Shown here piece after piece: positions 26,572-37,459 of a DNA stretch of 64,000 nucleotides (position 1 is the first letter of the stretch; each line of letters starts with the position of its first letter). The stretch covers positions 6,448,001 to 6,512,000 of the forward strand of contig NC_134029.1 of NCBI RefSeq assembly GCF_964204645.1. The letters run 5' to 3'. The position numbers and the translations under genes are program-made. The notes beneath the pieces were generated by a model. It saw only the letters and a program-made list of their open reading frames with translations. It did not search any database and had not been told where the DNA came from. Source of the stretch: Tubulanus polymorphus. Taxonomy: Eukaryota > Animalia > Nemertea.

Positions 26572-29500
26572 TCAATCGGGCAGAGGCTTGATCAACAGCC
26601 CGAGCACTTTAGCCTGTTCGGAGTTCTGAATCGTAAATGTCATCGTCTGGTGACTGCTTCGACAACACCGGAACACCGGCGCCCGTTCGACTTGGATCAC
26701 TTTGTCATCTTCGTTATAAATCAGAACGACTGCTTGGAATTTCGCCTCGGTTTGTACCATCGCCGTTTCGTGACAATATATTTGCAACGACCAGTTGTCA
26801 AGCTGGCGCCGGTAGGTGACGCGCCAGTCGCCGTCGCGCACCTCCTTTGGAACGGGCCCGATGTACATTTTGACGTCAACCTGAAAGCGTACGGTGTTCG
26901 ACATGCGCACCGTGTCGACGGTCAGGTGCGTGTAATCGCGCGGCAAGAAGAACGCCTCGGCGAACGACACGGAGAGATCGCCCTGTGTCGGGCAGATCGC
27001 GCGGAATCGATACGCGCGGCCGATCAGCTGGCGAATCAGATCGCCGCATTCGACGTGCGACGCGACATCGCTGTGCTCGATCTGATACAACTGCGACACC
27101 ATCAACTGCGGGAACCGGATCAACGGCAGCAGTCGCGTCGAGTATTCGCCGAGCGAGTTCACGTGCGATGGATGCAGCAACCAGGTCGTGATCGCCTCGA
27201 ACAACGCGTACTCGTCGGTGACGACGAGCTCCGACGAATGTAGAATGTCCTGCACGAATTCTACGTCCATGTTTGTCCATTCTTGAGACGTGATTATATC
27301 GGTCGTATTCCAGCATATAGTCTGTATACACTGTTGCATTAGACCTTTCAGGTGTAGCGCCTTCGACCACGGATACCAGGCCAACGCATTGTTCACTCGC
27401 GGACTCTTGCTGTGATTGATCATGTATTTCACGCAGAGCTCTTTCAACGACGCGACGTTGTACTTGTCGGCCAAACACAGAATACCGACGGCCGATTCGG
27501 CGGCGATCATGATTTCGGCCGTGTATAAATAGCGCAGGAACTTATCGAATACTGCTTGGCACTCGGGTGATTCGTTCAGTTCGACGTCCTCGGTGACGCC
27601 TTGCGACCACGGCCGCTCGTAGAGCATTGTGCGGAACACATCGCTCGATTTCGCCAAAACGAACTTGTGACCGTAGAATTTCTGGTCGCCGATTTTGAGC
27701 AGTACATCGCTGAGCGCCTGTTGATTGTAGAACTGAGATATATTCAGTATGAACGTCTCTTCATCTCGTAGAATCTCGTCCGACGGCGAGTCCATAACAG
27801 CCTGAAAAACAGCAACGACATTTTCGATAATTATCAACAGCCTGAAAACACTCGGAGTTAAAAGAGTTTAAAACAGGGCTCCTCGACGATGTTTATAGTG
27901 AAATTTACAGTTCAAACATGCCTTCTAGAGGAACAGTGGTTTCAAACCAATTGAAAAAAAAAATGTTACCTTTTCATCTACGGACATGATTTGAAACACC
28001 ATTATATGCAAAAAGCGGTGTACATGTATACACAAACTATTGAACTATTGTGACGAATTCGCAAGAGCATTTCGCGAATATTTAGCAAAGCTGTGTACAA
28101 TGGGGTACCACTTTAACACTAGTTTTATGATACATTTGAACTATCAATGATCAGGACTGGATTTACCTAATAAACGAAATCTGGCACATATTGAAAATGT
28201 CACATTTTTTATAGGTTTAGTTGTAAAAAATACTAAAACAAAAATGACAATAATTCTATTAAAATTACAAATAATTTACTATTGCTCATTCAGCTGAAGA
28301 ATGTGTAGTAGACCTAACTGAAAAAATCTTCACTCAAAGCATGTCGGTCAAAGACTAATAGCACAGTTAATATATTGATTTTATATGATTCTAATGAGTT
28401 CATTGTCACATTCATTTTTGTTGACTCCTCCCCTTAATTAAGTAAGTAAAAATGCTATATATATCTCTGGGTGGAATAGTAAAATTATCAAATCTTCTAA
28501 TCAGCATTTGGTCAACTTTGGCAAACCGGCCTCCGAACCTTATACCGGTCTTTTTCATACGAACCTTAATCAACTAAACACATATTTGTATTTAAACTTA
28601 CACATCCTAGTACTTCCGATATGTGATATCCACACGTTAAAGCTAGATCCGTTCCCGGATTTTTCAAACAAACGGAATCCGAGGAATCGGGAGCCTTGAC
28701 ACTATCGGCAGTCATGTTTATAAGCCACACGAACTAAACTAACTGAAATTCGACACTTGTCCACCACGCTCAGGCGTCTAAAATACCGACGCAATTTGTT
28801 GCTAATTCAACATGAATATATGTGCAAGAACTCGACGTATTGAAATCAAGTACAAAAGACACCCGATTATTTGGTAGATCGTCCCACAGCAAAACTAACA
28901 ATGTAACAATCTGGTATGAATAAAATGCCGACAGTCCGCGTATATATGCGACATTTTTTGGCGGCAATTCAAATCATCATGAGATTATGAATTCACGACG
29001 AATTGGCCGATAAAACTGTAACGTTAAAACATCATAAACGCTTAATCAACTAGATATACCTATTGTATAAATTTCAACTAGATTTCGATAATTTTCGCCG
29101 TCGAAACTACGCGAAAACAACATGATTTCTTTCAGCTCGTTTTCGCCATTCATTTCATACACAATCGACGCGGTTAATTTCAAATATTTCGCCACCGTTT
29201 CAAGTAAGATTTGGACAGAGTGGAGATCCGTCGTCGAAGCCAATGGTTTGAGCTGGTAACTTGTTTTCGCGAAAGTTTTTTTCTCTCGTCTACCGGTTCT
29301 GGGAATTGCGAAAAGCTGTGACATTGTTGAAATCCACTTCATGGCCCAGACAGTTTATAATGATGAATGAGCACTCGCTTTTCTATGAGAAGTCTCTCTC
29401 TCTCAGTACTTATAAAAACAGTAAACAATTGTCAAAAATCTGTAGACCAGGAAGTTTCGATCTTTCATATATGAAAGAATGGAATAAGCCAAAGTCAATA

Positions 29501-31986
29501 CTTAATATAAGTTACTGAAAATAATCGAATAGCCTAATTAACGATTCAACCAAAAAATCAGAAAACATTTTGCGATTACATTTGATGATTCATCATTGAA
29601 CCTGGAATTCACCCCTTTCCGCGTGATGTTTACCGATTGAATACAACAGTCGAGCTGCATAGAAATTTTTGGCTCCAATTTCAGCGAACTGGTCGGTAAT
29701 AACTGCCGCTTTCAAACTACGTCAGCAAACACAACTGATACGTCGCGATATTCATCATCATTAATGACAATCGAAAATTCTAATAAGCAGACCTTCGTAC
29801 GTAATTACGTAATTTGGTGACAACATTTTTTTTCCGGTCATTTTTCTTATACGAGTTCATATAAAATTTCGACTATACACGAAATAAAGGACACAAATGA
29901 AATATCGCATTTCAAGACAAAGCACTAAAGATGTCAGTCGAAAATGCGTGAATAATACTAACTTTTAATTTTTATGGATATCCGATCATTAAATGCTGTT
30001 TAGATTGTGTGTGTGCGTGTGTAACGAAATGCATTGTTGTCACGAAGTTGATATGGTGAGAACAATCGGGATATTTCGTAAAATCTATATTGGGCGATTT
30101 AATTGTAGGTTTAGGGCTGTTCAGGGTGCTTGAGTGCGCCATTTACACACGCAAAGGTACAAAGGCAAACTTTTTCGAAATACCGGTGATCATATGTTTT
30201 CTCACGGGTTTTTATACCATAGACGCCAGACAATTTGAAAAAGATAATTCAGGTATATTACGAAATTAGCAAGTCAGGGTGGCCACTTTTATTCGACTCG
30301 CGTTTTCCCCCGACTATTCCTTGACATGCACGTTGTTTTCCCTGACCTGATCTGCTAAGAATCCAATCAGTCAATACATTCACGACGGAAACTGTTTGAT
30401 TTAACGTGCTATCTAACAATCTCAACATACCGTATTTCCCTGATTTTTACATTACTACAAAAATTTCCTGACTATTCCCTGACTTTTTTTAAGAAAATAA
30501 AATTCCCAGAATTTTCCCCGATTCCAGGTAAGTGGCTTCCTTGTCAAACAATCTGCGCGCAACGGGCATATTGTCCTAACGATGGCTCAAATCAATCATC
30601 GGGACACCGACTGCGCAGAAAATTAGTGACATGTGATGAAACATTTAAAAAAATTTCCTTCGATGATGTAGACAACAGCTGCAATAATTCAATACTTAAT
30701 GTACATACAGTATACACGGCTCCCTATTTGAAGTGTGTCACAAGAGATCCGGTACAAATATTTCAAACTTACGTGCCGTCACATGTGAAATGCGTAATAT
30801 ATAATTATAGCCAGTGAAGTATTTTCTAATTTCAACTGAAAATTATATATCAAATATGATTTTCAGATCATAAGTTAAGTTTCTTAAAGTTAAAGATCAG
30901 TCTATAACAAAAACATGAAAACATCTACCTTCAGACAGCAGTGGGACGCGCTTACTGTATTCACCTGTAGAAAAATCTTAAAATTCCTGTTCTTAATTTC
31001 ACTACAGAAAGAAATCCACGCGCCTGGCAGAAACAACGAATGAACAGGGAAAATTCTCTAATCACCAAGGATCAAGGTTTTTTTTTCTCACTACTGTAAA
31101 AAACCTACCTGATCAACAGTCATAAAACCCGGAGACCATACCCCTACTTGAGCCCTATAATTTCATACATCATAAATGTGTTTTCTCATTTGTCGCGTCG
31201 CTTATTAATAATCGCATTCTCCAATGTGTCGTCATTGGAGCTGTTAAACGAGGGTAAATGCTTCAATTTGCGATTGCGATAAAAATTATCGCTCAGAAGT
31301 TCGCTGGTGTTAATTGATATACAACATTCCTTTACGAGTTCCAAATACCGGTATATAGTACCTGTACATAGTGATTTTTTAAAACTACTACAATAAATAC
31401 AAATGACGTACGCAGTGCAGACACTCTCAAAAAATAATCATCAAAATTTATCAAAAATGAAATGTTATGAAATATATCTGATTACAAAATGAATGCCAAA
31501 ATTCACGATTTTATTTTCAAATGCCAATATTGATGACGTAGTGCATATTGACTCACGCAGAACCCCTTATATAACGCATATCAATGTATGTAAACATCAT
31601 TGTAACGGTTTTTACTGCGTAAAAAAATTATAATGTACTTCAGATAACCTAAAAATCATTCGATTCTAAAAACGCAAATAACTGCGATAGTTGACTACGA
31701 AATATCATTCCGATAAGACATCCATTCCCATATGGCAGCTCAATGACATTGATTTTCGATATAAACAAAACATACAGATACATATATAGAAAGTATTTGG
31801 GCTAATGTTGTACGTGATATAAACTAGATCGGACCGAAATACTAATACAGATACTGATAACAATGACGATACCTTATGATTGGTGATGCACGGCGGATGA
31901 GGCGAGCCTCGCGCGACGGTCGTCGAGTTCATCAAATCCATCTCGGCGTCGCTGAAATCGAGCATCTCGCTATCGAACCGAGACAT
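26572..31986 (-). CDS. BTB/POZ-BACK domain protein (BTBD17-like); main exon 26572-27801 plus candidate first exon 31873-31986
   Basis: Uninterrupted ORF with BTB (LSDVLLKIGDQKFYGHKFVLAKSSDVFRTML...FDKFLRYLYTAEI...LADKYNVASLKELC) and BACK (W...LHSSELVVTDEYALFEAITTW...LLPLIRFPQL) domains. Acceptor ttttcag|GCTGTT at 27801. The upstream exon MSRFDSEMLDFSD...NHK ends in phase 0 at AAG|gtatcg. Confidence 0.88.
30275..30543. mobile_element. MITE of the CAGGGTGGCCAC family, opposite orientation
   Basis: CAGGGTGGCCAC at the left and GTGGCTTCCTTG at the right. The interior is the reverse complement of the 2163-2439 and 15469-15686 copies (tgctaagaatccaatcag, ttccctgac). Confidence 0.75.
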
Positions 31987-32174
31987 GATCGGCGTCGGGG
32001 TTCCGCGCAGTTCACACAAACAGACACACACGAGCGACGATGACGAGAAATTTCGAATTTCGTAAACGAACCAATCGGATACCGAATTGTCACGCGCGCA
32101 GACGGCCGTTTCTGAACCCGAATCGATTGCGACAATTAAAAAAATGTTCGTCTATTGTGCGAATACAGGCAGCT

Positions 32175-32267
32175 GTATGTATATATATATATATATACGC
32201 GTACAGAGTGAGGGAAAATCTGCACCGCGCCGGCCGCGTATGTATACATATATATATATATATATAT
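32175..32267. repeat. Paired (TA)n microsatellites upstream of the BTB candidate first exon
   Basis: Two TA runs flank a short CG-rich spacer (cgcgccggccgcg). Confidence 0.85.
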
Positions 32268-34060
32268 GAACGATCTGTCACACTAGATTGAAATAGGTCA
32301 ATAAATTCCCGACATGTAGCGATTATTTCAATTGACCTGCTTCGATGAAACCGGTTTTACGCCCGACGTTCACTCGTGCTATTATCTTACGCAGCGGGAA
32401 AACACGAACGTGATTGATAAAATTCTTTCTTCGAAAAGCGCAGGGAAAAAAATGAGAAAGCACGAGGTATAAATATCCTAAACGGCCCTTTATTGACTCA
32501 TATCGAATATTTATTGTACCGTATTTCATAAACCCCGACTAATTTCAACAGAGAACAAAAGTTACCGAAAAATCAGATACCATAAAAAAGAGACCGCTAA
32601 AAGGAAATAAACCCAGTCCTGAACTGGTACTAAAATAAGATGATTTCCAGTTTTTTTTGGAAAATTTTAACTTCAAGTTCCAAAGTATCATCATGATGTG
32701 TACCCTAACATATTCTATTTAGTATATGACTCACATGAACAGGGAGTTTTAGTTATGATAATTTGGTGCCAGATTTTATAGATTATATTCTACAACCCAT
32801 ATTAATATATAACCTTGGGGTTAAAATATCCATTACAGTCAGTCAGTCGTTTGCCTGTTCGGGCCGCTGGAAAATTGTTTTCATAAATCGGAACTGAAAT
32901 TTCCATTTCTATTTCTATAATATCAAACGACATCCAACTTAATCTGTGCTTCGATTTCCGATTTCAAATTAAAACACCCTGTTTCGTTCCCGGCTGGTGT
33001 GGTGGGTTTGTAAGGGACAACATACCAAAATCATATCAATCAACAAGAGGAACAATTTCCTATTTCAAGAATAAAATATCCAGCTCAAAGGTACAATTTA
33101 TGAGCGTTTAGCTTTGCGCTCAATATGAAACATGAAGTACCCAACAATAAGATTAGAGGCAGCAAAATGTGAATTCCTTCTTTAAGTTAAATCATTAAGA
33201 GCACAGGTTAACAGGAGATCACCTAACACGTAATATTATGCTCCTACTAAATTCACGGAAAATGAAACAAAAAGCTTCTAGGAACTAAAAACCACGATTA
33301 TTCACTAGTACATGTATATCAATGACGTATATTGTTTTTTCCTCCTGTTTCATTACGTTTAAACAACCGGGCAGATTGAATGAGCATGACGCAATTTTCA
33401 GATTATATTCTCAATTCGCGCTACTATATACGAGCCACTCATCTAATGACAAATAAATTCAGATGATAAATCGACAAGAATTATGATGGAATTAATGTAT
33501 GAATTCCTGCGTACAATAACTAACCAAGCTTCCGCCATTCGTTGTTTTTCTAATGGCTACAGATAAGTACCATAAGTACCGTATATGCACGTTAATTCGT
33601 TCAAGTGTGCATTTTATGGAGCGATTTAATGCCATCGTTTATATGTATAGAGGGCAGCACTGACAGGACATGCAGAATTCGAGATGCATTTTGAAGCATG
33701 AGAACAGAAAAGCCGTTTTCGTAAATAGTATATATTACGGTTAGCGATCTTACCAAAGTCTTCTTTAAACCCGACCTACAAAGAAAAGAAATTTTCACCC
33801 GGTTCTGAATTGAAAATGTTCAATACACCTGTTTGGCGGCGCATAACACCTCATGCTGCATGGGGGGGTCCTCATCCTCCGTATTCCCGGTGAGAGAAAA
33901 TAAGTGAGATGTGATGTAAAAGCAGGAACAGTCGACACAAACATTCCGGCAATCCGAGGGATACTTTAAAGGAACAATATCCAAAAGAACCGAGAGAAGA
34001 GATCACTTTCGTATCAAGCTCATTACGAACAGAATCTTCAAGCTATTATTGATCTTAAAG

Positions 34061-34381
34061 CATCCTCCCTGACAATGATTCGAACCTGATGGCGCCGCTA
34101 GACTCAGCCATGATACGACACCCTGCCACACGAGACCGGGTGCGCAGGTACAAGCACACGTTTGCCGTAAAAAAACTTGTAGCACCAATCAGATTGCCCG
34201 TTGTAAAATCACCAAGGAAAATTTCACAGATAAACTATAAATGGAAAAACCTGGGCTAAAATAAAACAAGATTTCCAATCGGCTGATAACATCTACGCTG
34301 CGCACTCGGGCCAATGTGGCAGGGTTTCGTGCCGTAGTGAGTCTCGATGCTATCAGGTTCGAATCCCGCCAGGGGAGGACG
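34061..34381. mobile_element. Long-TIR MITE, hAT-type (copy 2) with 8-bp target-site duplication
   Basis: Same arms as 20879-21176. Flanked by the perfect direct repeat TCTTAAAG at 34053-34060 and 34382-34389. Confidence 0.88.
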
Positions 34382-34488
34382 TCTTAAAGCGACGAAACAG
34401 TAAATTGGATTCAGCGGTTCGTTGCGGTACGCGTTCGATACCTTCACGAACCTCTCAATCCATTCTACCACGAGAAATCCGACACCTT

Positions 34489-35517
34489 TCAGAAGAAGGA
34501 TCTTAAAATGAAAACCACACACACCTCTTCGTCGTCGTAGCAAGAGCCGTCGTCGGAGATAAGAACCGGGTACAAGGCTAACGGTTGTATCACAGTCGCC
34601 CAGTAAGCTCGTTGTCGCCACCACGTCGATACCTGATGAGGTTCAACACCTCCGCCACCATGGGTCAGTCGCGTATGCGTTACGTAATCTACCGTTTCAT
34701 CACGTTCAGCCGCGGAATCGCCCGACTCGTCGAAACGAGTTTCGCGCGATTCGTCGTCTTCCGATCGTTCTAGTACTTCGCGACGATCGTCCTCGAGACG
34801 TTCGTTTCCATTCGTAATCTCACGAGCGTCGTCCGATAGCCGAGAATTACGGTTCAACGCAGTCGCTACTTCGCGGTCTTCGTCGTCTGAACTGCATTCG
34901 TCGCTATCTGTGGATGGAATACCCTGAATATCGTTTATATTCGACTGTTGCGAATTTTCACCGGTAAATTCATTATCATTATAAGAGTCAAGCTCGACAA
35001 CACCTCTCTCCTCAGCAGCGGCATCAAAACCAGAGGCTTCGTCATTTTGATGCTCGCTAACCGATATGTCACGATCAACTTCTTGATGTTCATTAGCACT
35101 TACAACCACAATTTGATCTTCAGCAGTGTTATTCACATTTCTATACCCGGTTTCCGAAAATTCGGGTTCAGCTTCTGGAATTTCATGAGCGCTCACAGCT
35201 ACAGCTTCTTCAGCGTTACGTTCACTTTTTTCTCGAACTGCTTTCGTCGTCTCCGGCAAAATGAATTCTACCTGCAACGGAAGCTCCAGATCCTCTTCGA
35301 AACGCACCTCGACTATTTCAACACCGTCGTCGTCGTGTTTCAATTTAGTCGTCGATAATTTCCGTTTTCCTCTGGCGCCGCCTCTCGTTCGGCCGACCAG
35401 TTCGTCGAACATCATGCCATCTTTTAGTTCCTGCGGGAGATCATATTCCATCAAATCATCCTCATTTTTGAGATCATCAGTTTTAAAGCATCCACAACAG
35501 AATATTCGTTTCAACAT
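34489..35517 (-). CDS. Acidic low-complexity 342-codon ORF; probably an alternative first exon of the BTB gene rather than a separate gene
   Basis: Long open, GC-richer frame starting MLKRIFCCGCF, rich in E/D. Two in-frame phase-0 donors: CAG|gtatcg (exon ends 34633) and GAG|gtgtgt (exon ends 34525). No recognisable domain. Confidence 0.65.
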   Translation of the reverse strand: MLKRIFCCGCFKTDDLKNEDDLMEYDLPQELKDGMMFDELVGRTRGGARGKRKLSTTKLKHDDDGVEIVEVRFEEDLELPLQVEFILPETTKAVREKSERNAEEAVAVSAHEIPEAEPEFSETGYRNVNNTAEDQIVVVSANEHQEVDRDISVSEHQNDEASGFDAAAEERGVVELDSYNDNEFTGENSQQSNINDIQGIPSTDSDECSSDDEDREVATALNRNSRLSDDAREITNGNERLEDDRREVLERSEDDESRETRFDESGDSAAERDETVDYVTHTRLTHGGGGVEPHQVSTWWRQRAYWATVIQPLALYPVLISDDGSCYDDEEVCVVFILRSFF

Positions 35518-37316
35518 GATTCTAATTAAAATGTGGCGAAAACTAGCCCTAAATCTATCACCCTAGGCCTTGTGGAACATGTCCGAAACCGAACTACTGG
35601 CAATGGTATATACACATAATACTTATCAATCGTGTATAGATAACGTATTAACACAACAGGCAGTAGTTTGAATATCATAACGAATAAAAAACCTACTGCA
35701 AATAGCTATTTTCGCTGAAAATTGATTGAATTGTTGAAGAGGTTTCATTGACGATAGACACACATGGCATTTCTATCTGTTATGATATATATAGAGTTTC
35801 AATATGATCCATATGAACCCCTCGCGTTAGAAAAAAAATTAAAATCAACCCTTAAAAAGTCGCCGTACTTTTAGACTATAATGTGGTCCGTGACCCAAAT
35901 CAAAAAGTTGGTATTTGTTTTAGATAAATGTCAGATGACACAAACAAATATTCGCTAATGAAGGTGGTTAGTTACATTTTAATAGCTGGTTGATCAGTGG
36001 GAGATAAATAACAATATACATATGATGATATGTAGGCATTTCAAATTGGACGATGACAGCATGATAGGTGGTGATCAGACCATTATGGTTTGAGGGTTCA
36101 AATCCCACATTCTTTTAAAAGCGCATTTCCTGTGCCCCTCAGGTGAAATATGTAGACCCATAATAAAGAATTTGTTATCTAAAACGAGCACCTTTTTCGA
36201 AATTTTTTTCCTGAAGAAAATAATAAGCCCTGAAACAAGCTTGGCTTGAAGAGGATAACTATTTAGTCCTTACCTTATAGAAAAAAGTATCACATCTATT
36301 GGCTTTAACTTTCTTTTCAACCATACTGGTCTATGTTGGTTTTTTCAGATAAATGAAAAATTTATGTTATCGAAACAGTGCTATGTCCAAAACAAGATTA
36401 TTGATAAAACAATGCGATTTGTGTTCAGGGGCGGAACCAGGCTGGGAGAAAAGGACACTTATTAGGTGTCCTGGCAAGCACCGCAGGCGCAAAGTGTTTG
36501 CAAGGGTTCTGTAGGTACTCTCCAAGAAAAAATTTGAAAATTTGAAATTTTGAGTACAGGTGGATTTTCAAAAGGGCACTTGGACAGAAAAGGGGGCAAA
36601 CCCTCCACCACTGATACCAAACTAGAGTAGTAGAATAGGTAGCTCTAATATACGAAAAAGCACTTTTTAAAACTAAGAGGGCGAATTTCAGTTATTGAAG
36701 GATTTTAGTCCACTATTTGCCTTTTAGTTCACCCTAGCTGTCAATTGTAGATAACAGACATGATAACGGTTAATCATTTCCATTATTGAGTTATAAATGC
36801 TTTGAAAAAATTACACCTCGCCAAAACTAGAAGAATGAAAGATTTTAAGCGGAGACAAAATTTATGTCCACAACATGATGATTACGCACCTCTGGCTGTT
36901 CTTGCGGGTAACACTCCGTCATGTTGACCTTGACTAGAATAGTTTCGTGACTAGATTGCCATCATCATTTATACTGCAAAACATAAAATCGAAATCGGAT
37001 TGAAATGATTCCGTAATGAGCTCATTAAAAACCTGTCGGCGACGAGCAGACAGCTGTCAATTCACCGAACTGTCCCGCGCGCCGTATCCCGTGTCTTGTG
37101 AGATCCGCCTAATTTACATACGTGAAATCTAAACCCGGCGTGCACCGGCGGCCTGTAATGATTTTTGAGACGTGTATAATGAAATAAATTAAAACCGGAA
37201 CCAACAGCTTGGTAGTGAACAATCGTGAAATTACAGGTCCGTAACCAGAAATCAATAACATCTGAAACCGTTTAATTTCATTTGTATCATGTGTGGTGCA
37301 TACATGTGCAGTTTCA

Positions 37317-37459
37317 ATATATATATATATATATATAATACTGTATATATATATATATATACTAAAATACCCTGTCAATAATTAACTTATCTGTTTTTAC
37401 AGCTCATTGATTTAAGCACTAAAATACCCTGTCAATAATTAACTTATCTGTTTTTACAG
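37317..37459. repeat. (TA)n microsatellite followed by a 42-bp direct repeat
   Basis: ACTAAAATACCCTGTCAATAATTAACTTATCTGTTTTTACAG occurs at 37361-37402 and 37418-37459. Confidence 0.9.

Noticed and set aside
26637-27478. Long overlapping ORFs (197 aa +, 200 aa - and others) over the BTB exon
   Set aside because: Shadow frames of a GC-rich coding exon; no independent domain signal.
31865-31872. GTATCG donors (also at 34632) as U12-type introns
   Set aside because: They do not match GTATCCTT, and no U12 branch point precedes the 27801 acceptor.
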